Positions 1 through 7,865 of a DNA stretch of 23,285 bases are shown one piece after another. The stretch is from Chlamydiia bacterium (GTDB lineage: Bacteria > Chlamydiota > Chlamydiia > Chlamydiales > Parachlamydiaceae): the NCBI GenBank assembly GCA_038257035.1, contig JBBSJT010000026.1, positions 1 through 23,285 on the forward strand. Direction: 5' to 3'. Below the pieces are notes generated by a model that saw nothing but the letters and a program-made list of their open reading frames with translations, searched no databases and had not been told where the DNA came from. Both the position numbers and the translations under genes were made by a program. The stretch's first letter is position 1; the number at the start of each line of letters is the position of its first letter.

Positions 1-597
1 CTACGATCTACTATGTGGATTGACAAAACAACGTAATGAAATGGATACATCATAAAATATAGATAGCGGCGCTCTTAAGTGTATAAGGGCTAATTCGTTA
101 ATTTTTTGCTCTGTCCCACAAATCAAAAGGGAAGATGCAACTAAAGGAATCGCAATTATAGTGTCAGCAATTCTTGCAATTACCCCAACCGGGATTCCGG
201 CTCCGATCAGCAATCTTGAAGCAATTTCTCGTTTGGCAAAACTTGGACTATTTTTTAGTTCAGTAAATTTCTCGTCAATTTGGATGATAATTCTAGAGTA
301 AAAAGCTTGTTGTTTTATATCGGTACATTTAGCATTTGGATTAATGATACTCAAAACTCTATTAAAAATCAGGGGTAAAATATATTTTGCCGAAATTGTT
401 TTATCTGCTAGGTCATTGAGTTTTTTTATTTTACCACATGTAATTGCTGAAAAAGGGGTAGCAATCACACCAACTATCGCTTCTGCTGCAAACTTCAAAC
501 AATAACGACCTGTAGGGATTATACACAGTATATTATTTGTGCGGTTTTTTTTTTCTTCTGGGACAGTTGAAATTACTTTATTATTTACTGGATTCAT
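1..597 (-). CDS. Hydrophobic hypothetical protein, paralogue 1 of a five-gene tandem array (198 aa)
   Basis: Complete ORF with AAGGAG RBS. Shares ATPFSAxTCGK..LN, ILPxIF..INP and C-terminal LRxxxNP motifs with the four neighbouring ORFs. Confidence 0.9.
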   Translation of the reverse strand: MNPVNNKVISTVPEEKKNRTNNILCIIPTGRYCLKFAAEAIVGVIATPFSAITCGKIKKLNDLADKTISAKYILPLIFNRVLSIINPNAKCTDIKQQAFYSRIIIQIDEKFTELKNSPSFAKREIASRLLIGAGIPVGVIARIADTIIAIPLVASSLLICGTEQKINELALIHLRAPLSIFYDVSISLRCFVNPHSRS

Positions 598-642
598 TAT
601 AAAACTCCTTTTTTATTTTTTATTAAATCAATTTATAATTTA

Positions 643-725
643 GGGTCAGGCTTTACAATATTACAGTTTTCGTCAATTTTTATACGATTTATAAGCGAAA
701 CTGTCATATTGTCAATTAGAGACCC
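643..725. repeat. Imperfect GGGTC-bounded inverted repeat (REP-like hairpin)
   Basis: gggtc...acaatattacagttttcg pairs with cgaaactgtcatattgt...gaccc in the gap between paralogues 2 and 1. Confidence 0.6.
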
Positions 726-764
726 CATTGGCGTTCCTTTTTTAACGCAAAACATAAAGCTATA

Positions 765-1358
765 TTAAAAGGCGTTTGGGTTTACGGCAAAACGTAAATG
801 ACGCGAAATATCTAAAATTAAGAAACCGGCGCTTCTAAGCTGTATTGTTGCAAATTTGTTAACTTTAGGTTCGGTTCCACCAGTCAACACAGAAAATGCA
901 ACAGCAGGAATAGCCAATAGACCATCTGCACATCTTGTAATAACTAAAACCGGAATTGCGGCAGCATGGACTGCTCTTAGAGTTACCTGTTTGTTAAAAT
1001 TAGTTTGTCCTTTTGCAGAAAGATTCATTACTTTTGTTTGAATTTTTTTCGTAATTGATTCTGAAAAACGTCCTAGATTATAAAAATCTGGGTTTACCAT
1101 TCTACATGAAGGATTTATAATTTTCATGATTCTAAAGAAAATATTTGGTAAAATATGTGCTGCTCTTACAGTATTTTCAGCCCAATTGTTAAGTTTTGGG
1201 TATTTACCGCAAGTTACTGCAGAAAAAGGAGTGGCAATAATACCGACTAAAGTTGTTCCAAGCCCTTTAAGAGTATCGATTGTGCAAGAACCAATTTTTT
1301 TGAGTTCAGGAATACGACGTGTGATTTCATAGTCGATGTTATTAAATACATTATTCAT
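765..1358 (-). CDS. Hydrophobic hypothetical protein, paralogue 2 (197 aa)
   Basis: Family motifs GIIATPFSAVTCGK, ADGLLAIPAVA and LRFAVNP; AAGG RBS. Confidence 0.9.
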   Translation of the reverse strand: MNNVFNNIDYEITRRIPELKKIGSCTIDTLKGLGTTLVGIIATPFSAVTCGKYPKLNNWAENTVRAAHILPNIFFRIMKIINPSCRMVNPDFYNLGRFSESITKKIQTKVMNLSAKGQTNFNKQVTLRAVHAAAIPVLVITRCADGLLAIPAVAFSVLTGGTEPKVNKFATIQLRSAGFLILDISRHLRFAVNPNAF

Positions 1359-1388
1359 TATTTATTACCTTTTTTTTGATTTTGATTG

Positions 1389-2006
1389 TTAAGTATTAAT
1401 TGATTTACCAATGATGCTAACCGAGGAAGGGTTAAATGCTCCGCGCAAATGGATTGAAGCATCTGAAAATATGCGGCTAAAACTTTTAATGTGAGTGGTT
1501 GCAACGGCATTGATATCAGGTTTTGATCCCAAACATAAGATTACTGATGCAATTAATGGGATTGCAAATGCACCATCGCAAAGTCTTGTAGTTGTTAGAA
1601 CCGGGATTGCGGCAATATGTACTGCTCTTAGAGTAATATGTCTCTGAAACCAAGTATGGCACCCAAGTCTAAGAATTTTTGTATTGATCTTTTCTTTGAT
1701 GGAATCTGTGAAGATATTTTTTCCCAATCCAAATTCTTCAGTGTAAGATGGGTTAAAAACCTTCATGGATGCTTTAAAAAGTTTTGGTAAAATTTCATTT
1801 CCATTAGAAGTAAGCTCGGACAATTGATTGAGTGTCTTAAATTTACCGCATGTGACGGCAGAAAATGGAGTTGCCATAATTCCAACTGTTGCTTTCAATG
1901 TATCTTTGAAACATTCAATAGCGCATGGGATGAAGGCTTTAACGGGTTTCTTACGGATGGAAACTTGGAGTGAGATAGATGAAATTACAGCAGTTATATG
2001 ATTCAT
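1389..2006 (-). CDS. Hydrophobic hypothetical protein, paralogue 3 (205 aa)
   Basis: Same family motifs; AAGGA RBS; N-terminus nearly identical to paralogue 4. Confidence 0.9.
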   Translation of the reverse strand: MNHITAVISSISLQVSIRKKPVKAFIPCAIECFKDTLKATVGIMATPFSAVTCGKFKTLNQLSELTSNGNEILPKLFKASMKVFNPSYTEEFGLGKNIFTDSIKEKINTKILRLGCHTWFQRHITLRAVHIAAIPVLTTTRLCDGAFAIPLIASVILCLGSKPDINAVATTHIKSFSRIFSDASIHLRGAFNPSSVSIIGKSINT

Positions 2007-2031
2007 TATATATTTCCTTTTTTTGTTTTAG

Positions 2032-2652
2032 TTATTCAACAGATTTACCATAGATGTTAATCGCTGAAGGATTAAATGCTGCCCGTAAATTGCTTGAAAC
2101 ATCAGAAAATATAGATCCAAAACTTGCTAGCTGATTGGATGCAAATCCGTTTATTTCTGGATAATTCCCTGAAGTTAGTACGGAAACTGCAACTGCCGGA
2201 AGAGCTAATAGTCCATCTGCAGTTCTTGTAAGAGTTAGAACCGGAATGGAGAAAACCTTTAGAGCTCTTAAAGTAATATTATTATTAAACCAAATACCAC
2301 TGTATTTCAGTTTATAACTAGTTAAATTAATCTTCTTTGAAACAGGTTCTGCAAAAAGACCATCCTCTATTATCAAATTTTGAAAGTAAAGCGGATTAAC
2401 GATAGTCATAGCTACTTTGAAAATGTTTGGTAAAATTTCTTGTCCCTTAGAAGTTAGATCCGACCATTGATTCAGAGTCTTAAATTTACCACATGTAATG
2501 GCAGAAAATGGTGTCGCGATAATTCCACCAGTTGCTTTGAGTGTATCTTTGACACATTCTATAGCGCATGGGATTAAGGCTTTAACGGGTTTCTTACGGA
2601 TGGAAACTTGGATTGAGATAGATGAAATTACATTAGATATAATATTATACAT
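2032..2652 (-). CDS. Hydrophobic hypothetical protein, paralogue 4 (206 aa)
   Basis: Family motifs ATPFSAITCGK, ADGLLALPAVA and LRAAFNP. Confidence 0.9.
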   Translation of the reverse strand: MYNIISNVISSISIQVSIRKKPVKALIPCAIECVKDTLKATGGIIATPFSAITCGKFKTLNQWSDLTSKGQEILPNIFKVAMTIVNPLYFQNLIIEDGLFAEPVSKKINLTSYKLKYSGIWFNNNITLRALKVFSIPVLTLTRTADGLLALPAVAVSVLTSGNYPEINGFASNQLASFGSIFSDVSSNLRAAFNPSAINIYGKSVE

Positions 2653-2744
2653 TTTTAATTCTTTTTTTTGTTGTTTTTACTATTAGGTCCGTTTTTTTTC
2701 AGCGGCAGCTCTTACGCATTAACCTAAAGAAAAGCAATTATAAA

Positions 2745-2825
2745 GCAGGCCTACAGCCTGCAATCCCATTTACCATCCACCTAGGGCGATGCCCTAGGCT
2801 ATTATATATCAGGCCTTCAGCCTGA
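2745..2825. repeat. Three-hairpin REP-like element
   Basis: gcaggc-ctaca-gcctgc (2745-2761), cctagggc-gat-gccctagg (2780-2798) and tcaggc-cttca-gcctga (2809-2825); GC-rich island in AT-rich intergenic DNA. Confidence 0.75.
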
Positions 2826-2844
2826 ACTAGACCTCACACAGTTA

Positions 2845-3468
2845 TTAATTTCTTTTTTGGTTTGTAGGGAGGGCTATATGCGGGTTAATTGTTAAACGTA
2901 AACCAAAAGAAATGTGTGCCGGTATTGAACTGAAACTTTTTAGATTATCATACGCAAACTGATTGACTTTAGGGATGCATCCAAATGTTAGAACAGAAGC
3001 TGCAACAGCGGGTAGGGCTAAAATACCATCAGCAACTTTTACAACGACGAGTGTAGGAATCATCGTTGCTACAAATAATCTAGAGCATATTTCTTTTTTA
3101 AAGAAAGTGTTACTACACTTAATTAGATCCACAATTTTTGCATCAACTTTTGATGCGACCATTTTTTGAAAATATCCCTCTTGCTTGTCATGAAGAGAAA
3201 TCTTGCAATTTGGATTTAGGATTTTCATTGCAACATTGAAAATCTTTGGTAAAATTAATGTTGTTGTACCTGAAAATTTAGCTAAAATATTCAATACTTC
3301 AACTTTACCACAAGTGAGTGCGGCAAAGGGCGTCGCAGCTAAGCCAACTGCAGTCGCTGGTATAGATAGGATTGCTGCTAAAGCGCAAGGAATAATATTG
3401 ACCGCATTTTTAACACGAGAAACTATTCCATTGCCTACAATTGAGGCTACATTAGATACTGAATTCAT
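2845..3468 (-). CDS. Hydrophobic hypothetical protein, paralogue 5, first gene of the array (207 aa)
   Basis: Family motifs ATPFAALTCGK, ADGILALPAVA and LRLTINP; AAGGT RBS. Confidence 0.9.
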   Translation of the reverse strand: MNSVSNVASIVGNGIVSRVKNAVNIIPCALAAILSIPATAVGLAATPFAALTCGKVEVLNILAKFSGTTTLILPKIFNVAMKILNPNCKISLHDKQEGYFQKMVASKVDAKIVDLIKCSNTFFKKEICSRLFVATMIPTLVVVKVADGILALPAVAASVLTFGCIPKVNQFAYDNLKSFSSIPAHISFGLRLTINPHIALPTNQKRN

Positions 3469-3661
3469 AATAATTGACCTTTTTTATTTTTTAAAAACCT
3501 TAAAACAATACAATTTAAAGCATTGTAATATTAATATAATCCCAAACTTTATCAAGAATTTGTTAAGATATTATAAAGATAATAAATAAAAACTGATTTT
3601 TATTCAATGGAAAGATTTTAGGGACATAAGGGATTAAAAGAAGGATTGAAGAAGAGATTAG

Positions 3662-3839
3662 AAGAGGGATTTTAAAGGACAAAAAGGACACAAAGGACTA
3701 AAGGGACAATTCCACCGTCTAGAAAGTACTTCAGGGGCAAATTAGTTATGAAGTTTTTTACAAGACGGTGGAGATGTCCTTTTAGTCCTTTGTGTCCTTG
3801 CTGTCCTTTTTGTCCTTTTTGTCCTTTAAAATCCCTCTT
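3662..3839. repeat. Long palindromic element, family A (9-bp AAAGGACnn units)
   Basis: Left arm aagagggattttaaaggac...tccaccgtct has 4 units and pairs with agacggtgga...gtcctttaaaatccctctt, which has 6 units. Second copy at 19385-19507. Confidence 0.92.
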
Positions 3840-3866
3840 AGAACTTTCCCATATCGAGCGCCCTTC

Positions 3867-4661
3867 TCAAACAATCGTTGAAACACACCCACCATCGACG
3901 CGAAGGGCGGCACCATTTGTAGCAGAGGATGCCTCACTAGCAACATAGACAATCAAATTGGCAACTTCTACAGGTTCAATGAAACGTTTTATTAGTGAAG
4001 AGGGACGAGTCTCTTGGAAAAACTTTTCTTTTACATCGTCCAATGTGCTTTTTGTTTTTTCAGCAATATCAGTCATAAAATCATGAACCCCGGTTGTGAT
4101 TGTTGGGCCGACAAGAATACTGTTCGAAGTGACGTTTGTGCCTTTTGTCAATTCAGCTAACCCCCTTGAAACGGCAATTTGTGCAGTTTTCGTGACGCCG
4201 TAGTGAATCATATCCTTTGGAATCTGGACCCCCGACTCACTGCTAATAAAAATTAAACGGCCCCAGCCTTTTTTTAACATTTTTGGTAGGTAATATCGCG
4301 AAAGTCTAATACCGCTCATCACATTGACTTGCCAAATGTGCATCCAATCTTCATCCGAAATTTGCTCGAAAGGTTTTAATTCATAAAAACCCAAATTATT
4401 TATTAAAATATCACAGGAAGGCAATGCTTTAATAAGTGCGTCAACTCCATCAGCAGTTCCTAAATCTGCAGCTATTATTTTTAAAGAGGCTTTTGGAAAT
4501 TTTTTTCTTAAATCAACTGCAATTTTTTCAAGTTTAGTTTCATTCCTTCCATTAATCACAACCTCTGCCCCTTCCTCCAACAATAATTCTACAGTGGCAA
4601 ACCCTATGCCTTCACTTGAACCTGTTACAAGAGCTGTTTTACCGGAAAAATTAAATTTCAT
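3867..4661 (-). CDS. Short-chain dehydrogenase/reductase (SDR), YvrD-like
   Basis: TGSSEGIG Rossmann motif, NNLG, catalytic YGVTK (YxxxK), C-terminal VDGG. Confidence 0.93.
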   Translation of the reverse strand: MKFNFSGKTALVTGSSEGIGFATVELLLEEGAEVVINGRNETKLEKIAVDLRKKFPKASLKIIAADLGTADGVDALIKALPSCDILINNLGFYELKPFEQISDEDWMHIWQVNVMSGIRLSRYYLPKMLKKGWGRLIFISSESGVQIPKDMIHYGVTKTAQIAVSRGLAELTKGTNVTSNSILVGPTITTGVHDFMTDIAEKTKSTLDDVKEKFFQETRPSSLIKRFIEPVEVANLIVYVASEASSATNGAALRVDGGCVSTIV

Positions 4662-4795
4662 TGTTCACCTTCCTTTAAAAATTCGCTATAATTATTTCTC
4701 TATTTAATCCATAAAGTTATTAATTACAATCTTATTGTCTTTATAAAACGTGTCTGCTAAGATTTTTGAAAACTAACTTAAAATGAGGTTAACAT

Positions 4796-5143
4796 ATGAG
4801 TCCTATTTTTGCTTTAAATCTAGATAGCAACGGTACAGCTGTTAATATAATCAATATAGAAACTTCAAAGACGATTCCGGAACAGCAGGAAGCTGCAGCT
4901 TGTAAAACTCACAAAGAAGTGCTAGTTTTTTTAAAAAAATTACAATCCTCTGAAATAAAAGAATGCATTACGTTTCATCATGCGCATAACATAAATTATG
5001 AGGATCATGACGGAAATACAATTCCTAAAGGAAAAACGCATGAATGTTCGCTTAAAAACCAAATAAATTTTGTTAAATTAAAAATTTCAGAAGAGAATCA
5101 AGGAATCAGACCACTTGAAAATGATTGGTGCATTCTCCAGTAG
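4796..5143 (+). CDS. Hypothetical protein (115 aa)
   Basis: ATG with GAGG RBS; fills the gap between genes and is followed by a hairpin. Confidence 0.7.
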   Translation: MSPIFALNLDSNGTAVNIINIETSKTIPEQQEAAACKTHKEVLVFLKKLQSSEIKECITFHHAHNINYEDHDGNTIPKGKTHECSLKNQINFVKLKISEENQGIRPLENDWCILQ

Positions 5144-5149
5144 TAAAAA

Positions 5150-5185
5150 AATTCATTCAGGAGTGTTATCACTCCTGAATGAATT
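5150..5185. terminator. Intrinsic terminator between convergent genes
   Basis: Perfect 16-bp stem aattcattcaggagtg/cactcctgaatgaatt with a 4-nt loop; U-tract follows on the minus strand. Confidence 0.8.
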
Positions 5186-5190
5186 AAACA

Positions 5191-5712
5191 TTAGCTTAGA
5201 CTTGATGATGTAATATCATGTGCGCCTTCTTTTTTCAAGATGGCTTCAGCTCTTGTTATCTGCTCAGATGTATCAGCATGAACACTGATTAGAATGTTAC
5301 CTTCACGAAGCCCTTTTTCATATTTTTTGGCTTCAAACTCAGGAATACCTGATCCAACGAGTGCTCCGATTAGTAGGCCTATGCCTCCACCTAATCCAGA
5401 ACCGCTTAAAGCTGCAACAATAGGACCTGCAGCAATAAATGGACCAACTCCAGGGATTGCCAAAGCACCGAGGCCTGCCAATAATCCTAATGATCCACCT
5501 AAAATTCCGCCAGCTGTTCCACCGGCTGCTGCACCCTCAGAAGCTTTTGAGTGTTTTTCAACTCCAAGACTTCCTTTTTCTCTTTCGGATGCATGAAGAT
5601 CCGGAGAAAGAATCGAAATGTCTGCATTTGTAAATCCTGAAGATAATAATCTATCTACGATATGCTGAGCTTGTTCTTCATTATGGCATAAGCCAAAAAC
5701 TGCTTTTTTCAT
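5191..5712 (-). CDS. General stress protein 17M-like / glycine-zipper membrane protein
   Basis: N-terminal VFGL...A..L...GF...DISIL, long Gly/Ala hydrophobic core with AIPGVGPFIAAGP, C-terminal GIPEFEAKKYE...GNILISVH; AGGAG RBS. Confidence 0.85.
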   Translation of the reverse strand: MKKAVFGLCHNEEQAQHIVDRLLSSGFTNADISILSPDLHASEREKGSLGVEKHSKASEGAAAGGTAGGILGGSLGLLAGLGALAIPGVGPFIAAGPIVAALSGSGLGGGIGLLIGALVGSGIPEFEAKKYEKGLREGNILISVHADTSEQITRAEAILKKEGAHDITSSSLS

Positions 5713-5739
5713 ATAAACTCCTAAATTGGTTGGTTAATA

Positions 5740-6300
5740 TTATTTCTTAAGGATTTCAAGTTGATTATCAACTCTTACAACACCTTGGACATCACTAATT
5801 TTTCTTAAAACAGAATCTATTTCCTGCTGGTTTGCAACCGGCCCACGCAATACAACAACACCATTTATCGTGATGATTTTGATGTTTTGTGCATTCGTTG
5901 ACAAAGCATCATCGGCTACAACAGCTTTACGTATTTTTTGTGTGATTGTTCGATCAGCTTCACTTTCTGATTGATCGAGTGGAGTGATGGCTGCAGAATC
6001 GCGATCACGAACATTTTTCCCGGTATTATCATTATCAATACGCCCGTTGTAATCGTTACCTACACGGCGACCAGTTGTATCGTAATCAGCACGAGCATTG
6101 ACATCGCTATTTACACGACGACCAGTTGTATCGTAATCTGCACGAGCATTGACATCGCTATTTACACGACTGTTATTGACATGATCTACACGACCATTTT
6201 TATCATTATCCATGTGAGTTGATGAAGTGGTTGTTCTATCTTGAGAACTACAAGCTACCAATGTTAATGAAAGCATTACCATTGAAAAATATTTTATCAT
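5740..6300 (-). CDS. BON-domain (OsmY-like) lipoprotein
   Basis: Lipobox LVAC. C-terminal BON domain DRTITQKIRKAVVADDALSTNAQNIKIITINGVVVLRGPV...GVVRVDNQL. Confidence 0.9.
   Translation of the reverse strand: MIKYFSMVMLSLTLVACSSQDRTTTSSTHMDNDKNGRVDHVNNSRVNSDVNARADYDTTGRRVNSDVNARADYDTTGRRVGNDYNGRIDNDNTGKNVRDRDSAAITPLDQSESEADRTITQKIRKAVVADDALSTNAQNIKIITINGVVVLRGPVANQQEIDSVLRKISDVQGVVRVDNQLEILKK
6061..6170. repeat. In-frame 51-bp tandem repeat inside the BON gene
   Basis: 6061-6111 and 6112-6162 differ at 2 of 51 positions; encodes VNSDVNARADYDTTGRR twice. Confidence 0.95.
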
Positions 6301-6439
6301 AAAACCCCCTTGTTTTTATTAGCTACCTTAAATATAAACATCAAACATATAAAAATTAAAGTATACAAATACTTAAACTTTATAAATTTTTAACAATAGT
6401 TAGTTATTAAGTCAGATGTAAAAAATAGTTGAAAGTGTA

Positions 6440-6670
6440 CTAGAGTAAATCCTGGTCAGATAAATCACCCGCTTCTTTTCTCAATTTGGTTTCTTCAGGA
6501 CTTAAGAATTCTTCTTCTTCATAGTACTGATCATCCTCAGCATCACCTCTTTCTTCTTCAGTAGTCTGATAGGGCTTTTTAAGATGATCACTCGGACCTT
6601 TTTCTTCGTCGCGGTCAAAATTGACTTGTTTTGGATCGTCGGGATTGTCTTTCTTTTTCTTATGTGGCAT
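6440..6670 (-). CDS. Small acidic hydrophilic protein (76 aa, start revised to MPHKKK)
   Basis: GGAGGA RBS just upstream of the ATG at 6670; very D/E-rich and hydrophilin-like; sits in the stress cluster. Confidence 0.75.
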   Translation of the reverse strand: MPHKKKKDNPDDPKQVNFDRDEEKGPSDHLKKPYQTTEEERGDAEDDQYYEEEEFLSPEETKLRKEAGDLSDQDLL

Positions 6671-6859
6671 AAACTTCCTCCTTGAAACACGTCTATTTTG
6701 AGATATAGACCAGGACTTTGCAAATGTCAAGCTTGAATTTAAACTATAACATCAACCAATTTTTTTTTTACTATGGGGATAATAGCAGAATGACAAAAAA
6801 CAAAAGTTCTTAGGACAATAGGTTTTTAAGTCTGGAAGTAATTGAAAAAAAACAATAAA

Positions 6860-6900
6860 TTAAATTTCAATACCTACATTGTTTTAGGATTGAAATTTAA
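6860..6900. terminator. AT-rich hairpin downstream of the SDR gene, possible terminator
   Basis: ttaaatttcaat/attgaaatttaa 12-bp stem plus inner ccta/tagg. Confidence 0.35.
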
Positions 6901-6950
6901 ATTTTAAATGAGGGTTGACAATAGTACCTATCAATTAGATGACATGATTA

Positions 6951-7811
6951 CTAAGTATTAACAATTTCCCCTCCATTGGGATGCAATACTTGACCAGTCA
7001 TATAGGAAGAATTATCTGATGCTAAAAAAACATAACATGGTGAAACTTCCGACGGCTGACCCGGCCTTTTCATAGGTACATCAGATCCAAAAGTTTCAAC
7101 TTTTTGCTTTGGAAAAGTGGAGACTATTAAAGGTGTCCATATAGGTCCCGGCGCTACAGCATTCACGCGAATACCTTTATCAACAAGGGATAAGGCAAGG
7201 GATCTTGTAAAAGTAATGATTGCTCCTTTGGTTGAAGAATAGTCCAAAAGATTTTTACTTCCCCTGTAAGCTGTAACAGACGAAGAATTGATGATTGTAC
7301 CTTTAGTTTTTACTAAGTATGGCAAAGCTGCTTTGACCATGTAAAACATAGAGAAAATATTAGTGGAGAAAGTTTTTTGGAGTTGCTCTTTGGTAATATC
7401 TTCAATAGATTTTTGCGGATGTTGTTCTGCTGCGTTATTGACCAAAATATTTATTTTTTTAAATGTCTTAATGCTTTGTTTAATGACAGACCGGCAAAAT
7501 TTTTCGTCTCCAATATCACCTGAAATTAATAAGCAACGTCTGCCCTTTTCTTCTACCATTCTTTTTGTTTCTTTAGCATCATCGTTTTCTTTTAAGTAAA
7601 CAATTACGATATCTGCTCCTTCATTTGCAAAGTCAACTGCAACAGAGCGACCAATCCCACTATCTCCACCGGTAATTACTGCAACTTTATCAAGAAGTTG
7701 TGGTCCTGTTAACGTTTTTTCAACTTGTGGCAATGGTTTCATTTTTTTTTGAACACCTGGCGGATTTTGTGATTGTGCGGGTAATATTTTTTCAGGTTTT
7801 TTATATTTCAT
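6951..7811 (-). CDS. General-stress SDR oxidoreductase (YhdF/YdaD/YghA-like)
   Basis: N-terminal QxQxPPG extension, TGGDSGIG, NNAAEQH, YSSTK, VAPGPIWTPL, HPNGG; AGGAGG RBS. Confidence 0.93.
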   Translation of the reverse strand: MKYKKPEKILPAQSQNPPGVQKKMKPLPQVEKTLTGPQLLDKVAVITGGDSGIGRSVAVDFANEGADIVIVYLKENDDAKETKRMVEEKGRRCLLISGDIGDEKFCRSVIKQSIKTFKKINILVNNAAEQHPQKSIEDITKEQLQKTFSTNIFSMFYMVKAALPYLVKTKGTIINSSSVTAYRGSKNLLDYSSTKGAIITFTRSLALSLVDKGIRVNAVAPGPIWTPLIVSTFPKQKVETFGSDVPMKRPGQPSEVSPCYVFLASDNSSYMTGQVLHPNGGEIVNT

Positions 7812-7824
7812 ACACCTCCTAATA

Positions 7825-7855
7825 GAAACACCCCTACATGATGTAGGAGTGTTTC
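7825..7855. promoter_or_regulatory. Intercistronic hairpin between yciF and the SDR gene
   Basis: gaaacacccctacat-g-atgtaggagtgtttc, directly upstream of the SDR RBS on the minus strand. Confidence 0.55.
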
Positions 7856-7865
7856 AAGTCAATAT

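Noticed and set aside
856..3589. Plus-strand ORFs of 61-128 aa across the paralogue array
   Set aside because: Antisense shadows of the real minus-strand genes; they recur because the genes are paralogous.
3748..3948. Cys-rich ORF (CPFSPLCPCCPFCPFCPL) resembling a metallothionein or RiPP precursor
   Set aside because: The periodic Cys/Pro pattern is just the translation of the 9-bp units in the family A right arm, and the ORF overlaps the SDR gene antisense.
6502..6723. Alternative-frame 73-aa ORF over the small acidic gene
   Set aside because: No RBS; the other frame has a GGAGGA RBS and coherent composition.
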